Shown piece by piece: positions 21,665 to 24,000 of a stretch of DNA of 24,000 bases. Position 1 is the stretch's first letter; each line of letters begins with the position of its first letter. A model generated the notes under the pieces. That model was not told the DNA's origin and did no database searches. It was given only the letters and a program-made list of their open reading frames with translations. The DNA lies in NCBI RefSeq assembly GCF_002161805.1, contig NZ_NFIP01000003.1:22341-46340 (forward strand), given 5' to 3'. Made by a program: the position numbers and the translations under genes. Origin of the DNA: Collinsella sp. An307. Its GTDB lineage: Bacteria > Actinomycetota > Coriobacteriia > Coriobacteriales > Coriobacteriaceae.

Positions 21665-23740
21665 CTAGAGACGTCGAGCGCTTTTTGCGGCCAGCGCGAT
21701 GGTGGTGCCGTTGTGCAGGAGCGCCGAGGTCTGGGGTCGGATGATGCCGATGATTCCCGCAGCGAGAAGAGCCGAGTTGATGCCCATAACCGCGGTGAAC
21801 GAGCGGTCGAGGCGCCCCATGAGGGAGCGGCTGAGCGCGTGCAGGCGCACGATGGCGTCGAGCCCGCCCGCGGCGAGCGTGACGTCGGCGACCTCCTGCG
21901 CGATGGCGGTGCCCGTGCCCATGGCGATACCCACGTCGGCGGCGGAGAGCGCCGGCGCGTCGTTAACGCCGTCGCCCACCATGACGACGCGTTGTCCGCG
22001 AGCCACGAGCGCCTCCACGTAGGCATGCTTTTCCTCAGGGAGCAGGTCAGCCCGGTACTCGGTGATGCCCGCCTCGGTGGCGATGCGTGCGGCGGTGCGC
22101 TCGTTATCGCCGGTGAGCATGATGATGTGGTCGATGCCCTGTGAGCGAAGCGCCGCAATTGCCTCGGGCACTCCTGCCTTTAAGGGATCTTCGATGCCGA
22201 GCACGCCCACCAGCTTTCCGTCTTGGGCGAGGTAGAGCGGTGAGAGGCCTTCGAGGTCGCCGTCGATGCGCGCCTCTGCCTCGGGAGCGACTTCGACGTG
22301 CTCGTCCTCCATCACGAAGTGGCGGCTTCCGATGACGATTCTCTTGCCATCGAGCGCCGATGCGATGCCGTGCGCCACGATATAGGCAACCTCGGCATGG
22401 CGCTCGCGATGCTCGAGGCCGCGCGCGGCGGCGGCCGCCACCACGGCGCGCGCCACGGGATGCGGGAAATGCTCCTCCAGGCAGGCCGAGGTGCGCAGCA
22501 CCTCGTCCTCGGTCCAATCGGGCACGAGGGCGAGCACGCGCGCGACCCGGGGCGTCGCCTCGGTGAGCGTTCCCGTCTTATCGAACACGATGGTGTCGGC
22601 GGCGGCGATGGCCTCGAAATGCTTGGCACCCTTGACGGCCATGCCTTCGTGCGCGCTCTGGCTCATGGCGGCGAGCACGCTGATGGACGACGTGAGCCTG
22701 AGAGCGCAGGAGTAGTCGACCATGAGGGCGGCCGATGTCTTGGCAAGGCTTTTCGTGGTCGCCGCCACAAGCCCCGCAAGCAGGAAGTTCCACGGCACGA
22801 AGCGGTCCGCGAGGTGCTCGCGGCGCGTCTGGATCTCGCTTTTGAGCTGCTCGGAGGCTTCAACGAGATTCACGATGGAGCGGAGCTTGGTCGATGTGGG
22901 CTCGGCGCCCACGCGGATGACGATCTCGCCCTCTTCAACCGCGGTGCCGGCGAAGACGTCGTCGCCGGCCATGCGCTCGACGGCAAGCGGCTCGCCGGTG
23001 AGTGCCGCCTGGTTGACCATGGCCGCACCGCGTACCACCACGCCGTCGACACACACGGGCATGCCGGTGCGCGCCACGACGAGGTCGCCCGCGCGGAGAC
23101 TCTGGGCGGGCACGGTGACCTCCTCGCCGTCCTCGAGGCGCCGGGCGTTTTGGGGAATGGCCATGAGGGAGCGAATGAGTTCGTGCTCTGAGCGTTCACG
23201 GGTGGCGTCCTCGAGGACCTCTCCCAGGTCGAGGAGGAACATGGTGCTCGCCGCGGTTTTGGGGTCGCGCTTGACAAACGACAGGCCGATGGCCGTGGCG
23301 TCGAGTACCGGCACATCGAGGCGGTGCCGCATGAGCGAGGTGAGGCCGGCGCGCAGAAAACCGAGGTAGTGAAGGCCGGCCCATACCGCCCTCAGTGCGG
23401 GTGGGAGGAGCCAGCGGCGGATGAGATGGTTGCCCACTAGGCGGATGATGCTGCGCGCGGCGGACGGGACCGCGGGTGCGAGCGCCGTGGGCGCTTGGGC
23501 GCTCGCAGCATCGAGCTGGACGCGGCTGAGCTCGTTCAGCCGATCGAGCAGGGAGGTTCTTGTAAGGGCGTCGCGGTACCAGATGGCGACCGAGCGAATG
23601 CGAGGGTAGGAGCGCACGCGCTCGACGCCTGTCCACGAAGAGAGCGAGGTCTCGAGGGCGAGGGCGTCGGACGCGTCAAGGTGATCGGCAAACGTAAGAC
23701 GCAGCCGCCCCGGCACCTCGTGTTCGATGACGTATCGCAC
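21665..23740 (-). CDS. P1B-type (heavy-metal-like) P-type ATPase with an SCA transmembrane motif and a cysteine-free HMA-like N-domain
   Basis: The phosphorylation site is FDKTGTLT. MLTGDN and the hinge motif VGDGVNDAPAL are present. The motif preceding the P-domain reads YSCALRL (codons at 22711-22703) instead of CPC. The N-terminus MRYVIEHEVPGRLRL... has no CxxC. GTG start. Confidence 0.9.
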   Translation of the reverse strand: MRYVIEHEVPGRLRLTFADHLDASDALALETSLSSWTGVERVRSYPRIRSVAIWYRDALTRTSLLDRLNELSRVQLDAASAQAPTALAPAVPSAARSIIRLVGNHLIRRWLLPPALRAVWAGLHYLGFLRAGLTSLMRHRLDVPVLDATAIGLSFVKRDPKTAASTMFLLDLGEVLEDATRERSEHELIRSLMAIPQNARRLEDGEEVTVPAQSLRAGDLVVARTGMPVCVDGVVVRGAAMVNQAALTGEPLAVERMAGDDVFAGTAVEEGEIVIRVGAEPTSTKLRSIVNLVEASEQLKSEIQTRREHLADRFVPWNFLLAGLVAATTKSLAKTSAALMVDYSCALRLTSSISVLAAMSQSAHEGMAVKGAKHFEAIAAADTIVFDKTGTLTEATPRVARVLALVPDWTEDEVLRTSACLEEHFPHPVARAVVAAAAARGLEHRERHAEVAYIVAHGIASALDGKRIVIGSRHFVMEDEHVEVAPEAEARIDGDLEGLSPLYLAQDGKLVGVLGIEDPLKAGVPEAIAALRSQGIDHIIMLTGDNERTAARIATEAGITEYRADLLPEEKHAYVEALVARGQRVVMVGDGVNDAPALSAADVGIAMGTGTAIAQEVADVTLAAGGLDAIVRLHALSRSLMGRLDRSFTAVMGINSALLAAGIIGIIRPQTSALLHNGTTIALAAKSARRL

Positions 23741-23748
23741 GGGCGCGC

Positions 23749-24000
23749 CTACGCCTTAGCGGGGACGGTCTCTGCGGCGGTATCCGACGCGCCGTCTTCT
23801 TCGTCCTCGACGCCGTAGACGCTTTCATTGAGATACGCGGCTTCGGCGACGATGTCGTCCATCTCGGCTCGCGCGCGTTCGACGGTGTCTTCACAGGCCT
23901 GCTTCGCGCGCAGCCCAGCCGCGACGGCTTCGACGTAGACGCGTTTCGCCCCGTCGCTCGTAAGCACCTTGGCGCCAACAGACCCAATCAGTACGCCCGC
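23749..24000 (-). CDS. Small protein upstream of the ATPase, 5' end outside the window (DUF6110-like by recollection)
   Basis: The frame is open to the window edge (...AGVLIGSVGAKVLTSDGAKRVYVEAVAAGLRAKQ...). The tail is acidic. The stop lies 8 nt before the ATPase GTG. Confidence 0.5.
   Translation of the reverse strand, partial: AGVLIGSVGAKVLTSDGAKRVYVEAVAAGLRAKQACEDTVERARAEMDDIVAEAAYLNESVYGVEDEEDGASDTAAETVPAKA

Noticed and set aside
20787-23369. Many ORFs overlapping the hydrolase and ATPase genes (for example 20787-21668 +, 21550-22158 -, 22298-23191 +, 22722-23369 +, 22870-23316 -, 23196-23636 -)
   Set aside because: All overlap two genes with clear catalytic motifs (GxSxG; DKTGT/GDGVNDAP). 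They encode low-complexity products.
1-24000. CRISPR arrays, rRNA and tRNA genes
   Set aside because: Reading both strands, I found no regularly spaced short direct repeats and no tRNA or rRNA signature sequences.

Overview
The window is a mosaic accessory region. By eye, strongly GC-rich blocks alternate with clearly AT-richer blocks. The GC-rich blocks look like a high-GC Gram-positive backbone, possibly Coriobacteriia-like, but that is only a guess from gene content. I found no rRNA, tRNA or CRISPR array.

Left to right:
1. An AT-richer operon of three lipoproteins on the minus strand, preceded by a 122-nt imperfect palindrome.
2. A small hypothetical gene.
3. A cassette of three tandem SAM-dependent methyltransferases, bracketed by two diverged 89-bp repeats. 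Each repeat carries a GAAC-N4-GTTC (SOS-box-like) palindrome and a hairpin with compensatory stem changes.
4. A YjdF/DUF2992 gene with a candidate riboswitch-like leader.
5. A LytTR regulator plus DUF3021 membrane protein pair.
6. A PadR-DUF1700-DUF4097 operon, cut short by an IS481-type transposase remnant.
7. A translationally coupled 2-TM protein plus cytoplasmic trypsin-fold protease.
8. An IS200/IS605 element.
9. A scar of decayed genes: a DUF3800-like start and a frameshifted hsdR 3' end.
10. An 846-aa SF2 (DinG/XPD-like) helicase fused to a C-terminal PD-(D/E)xK-like nuclease domain.
11. An IS256-family element whose transposase is split by a nested, istB-deleted IS21-family element.
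12. A truncated P-type ATPase 3' fragment.
13. A BAAT/dienelactone-type alpha/beta hydrolase.
14. A full-length P1B-type ATPase with an unusual SCA motif.

The best candidates for an undescribed system are the 2-TM + trypsin-like protease pair (11388-12684) and the neighbouring helicase-nuclease fusion (14114-16654). Both are AT-rich relative to their flanks and sit among IS elements and a restriction-modification remnant, which is a defence-island-like setting. All family assignments come from motif recognition by eye. No database search was run.
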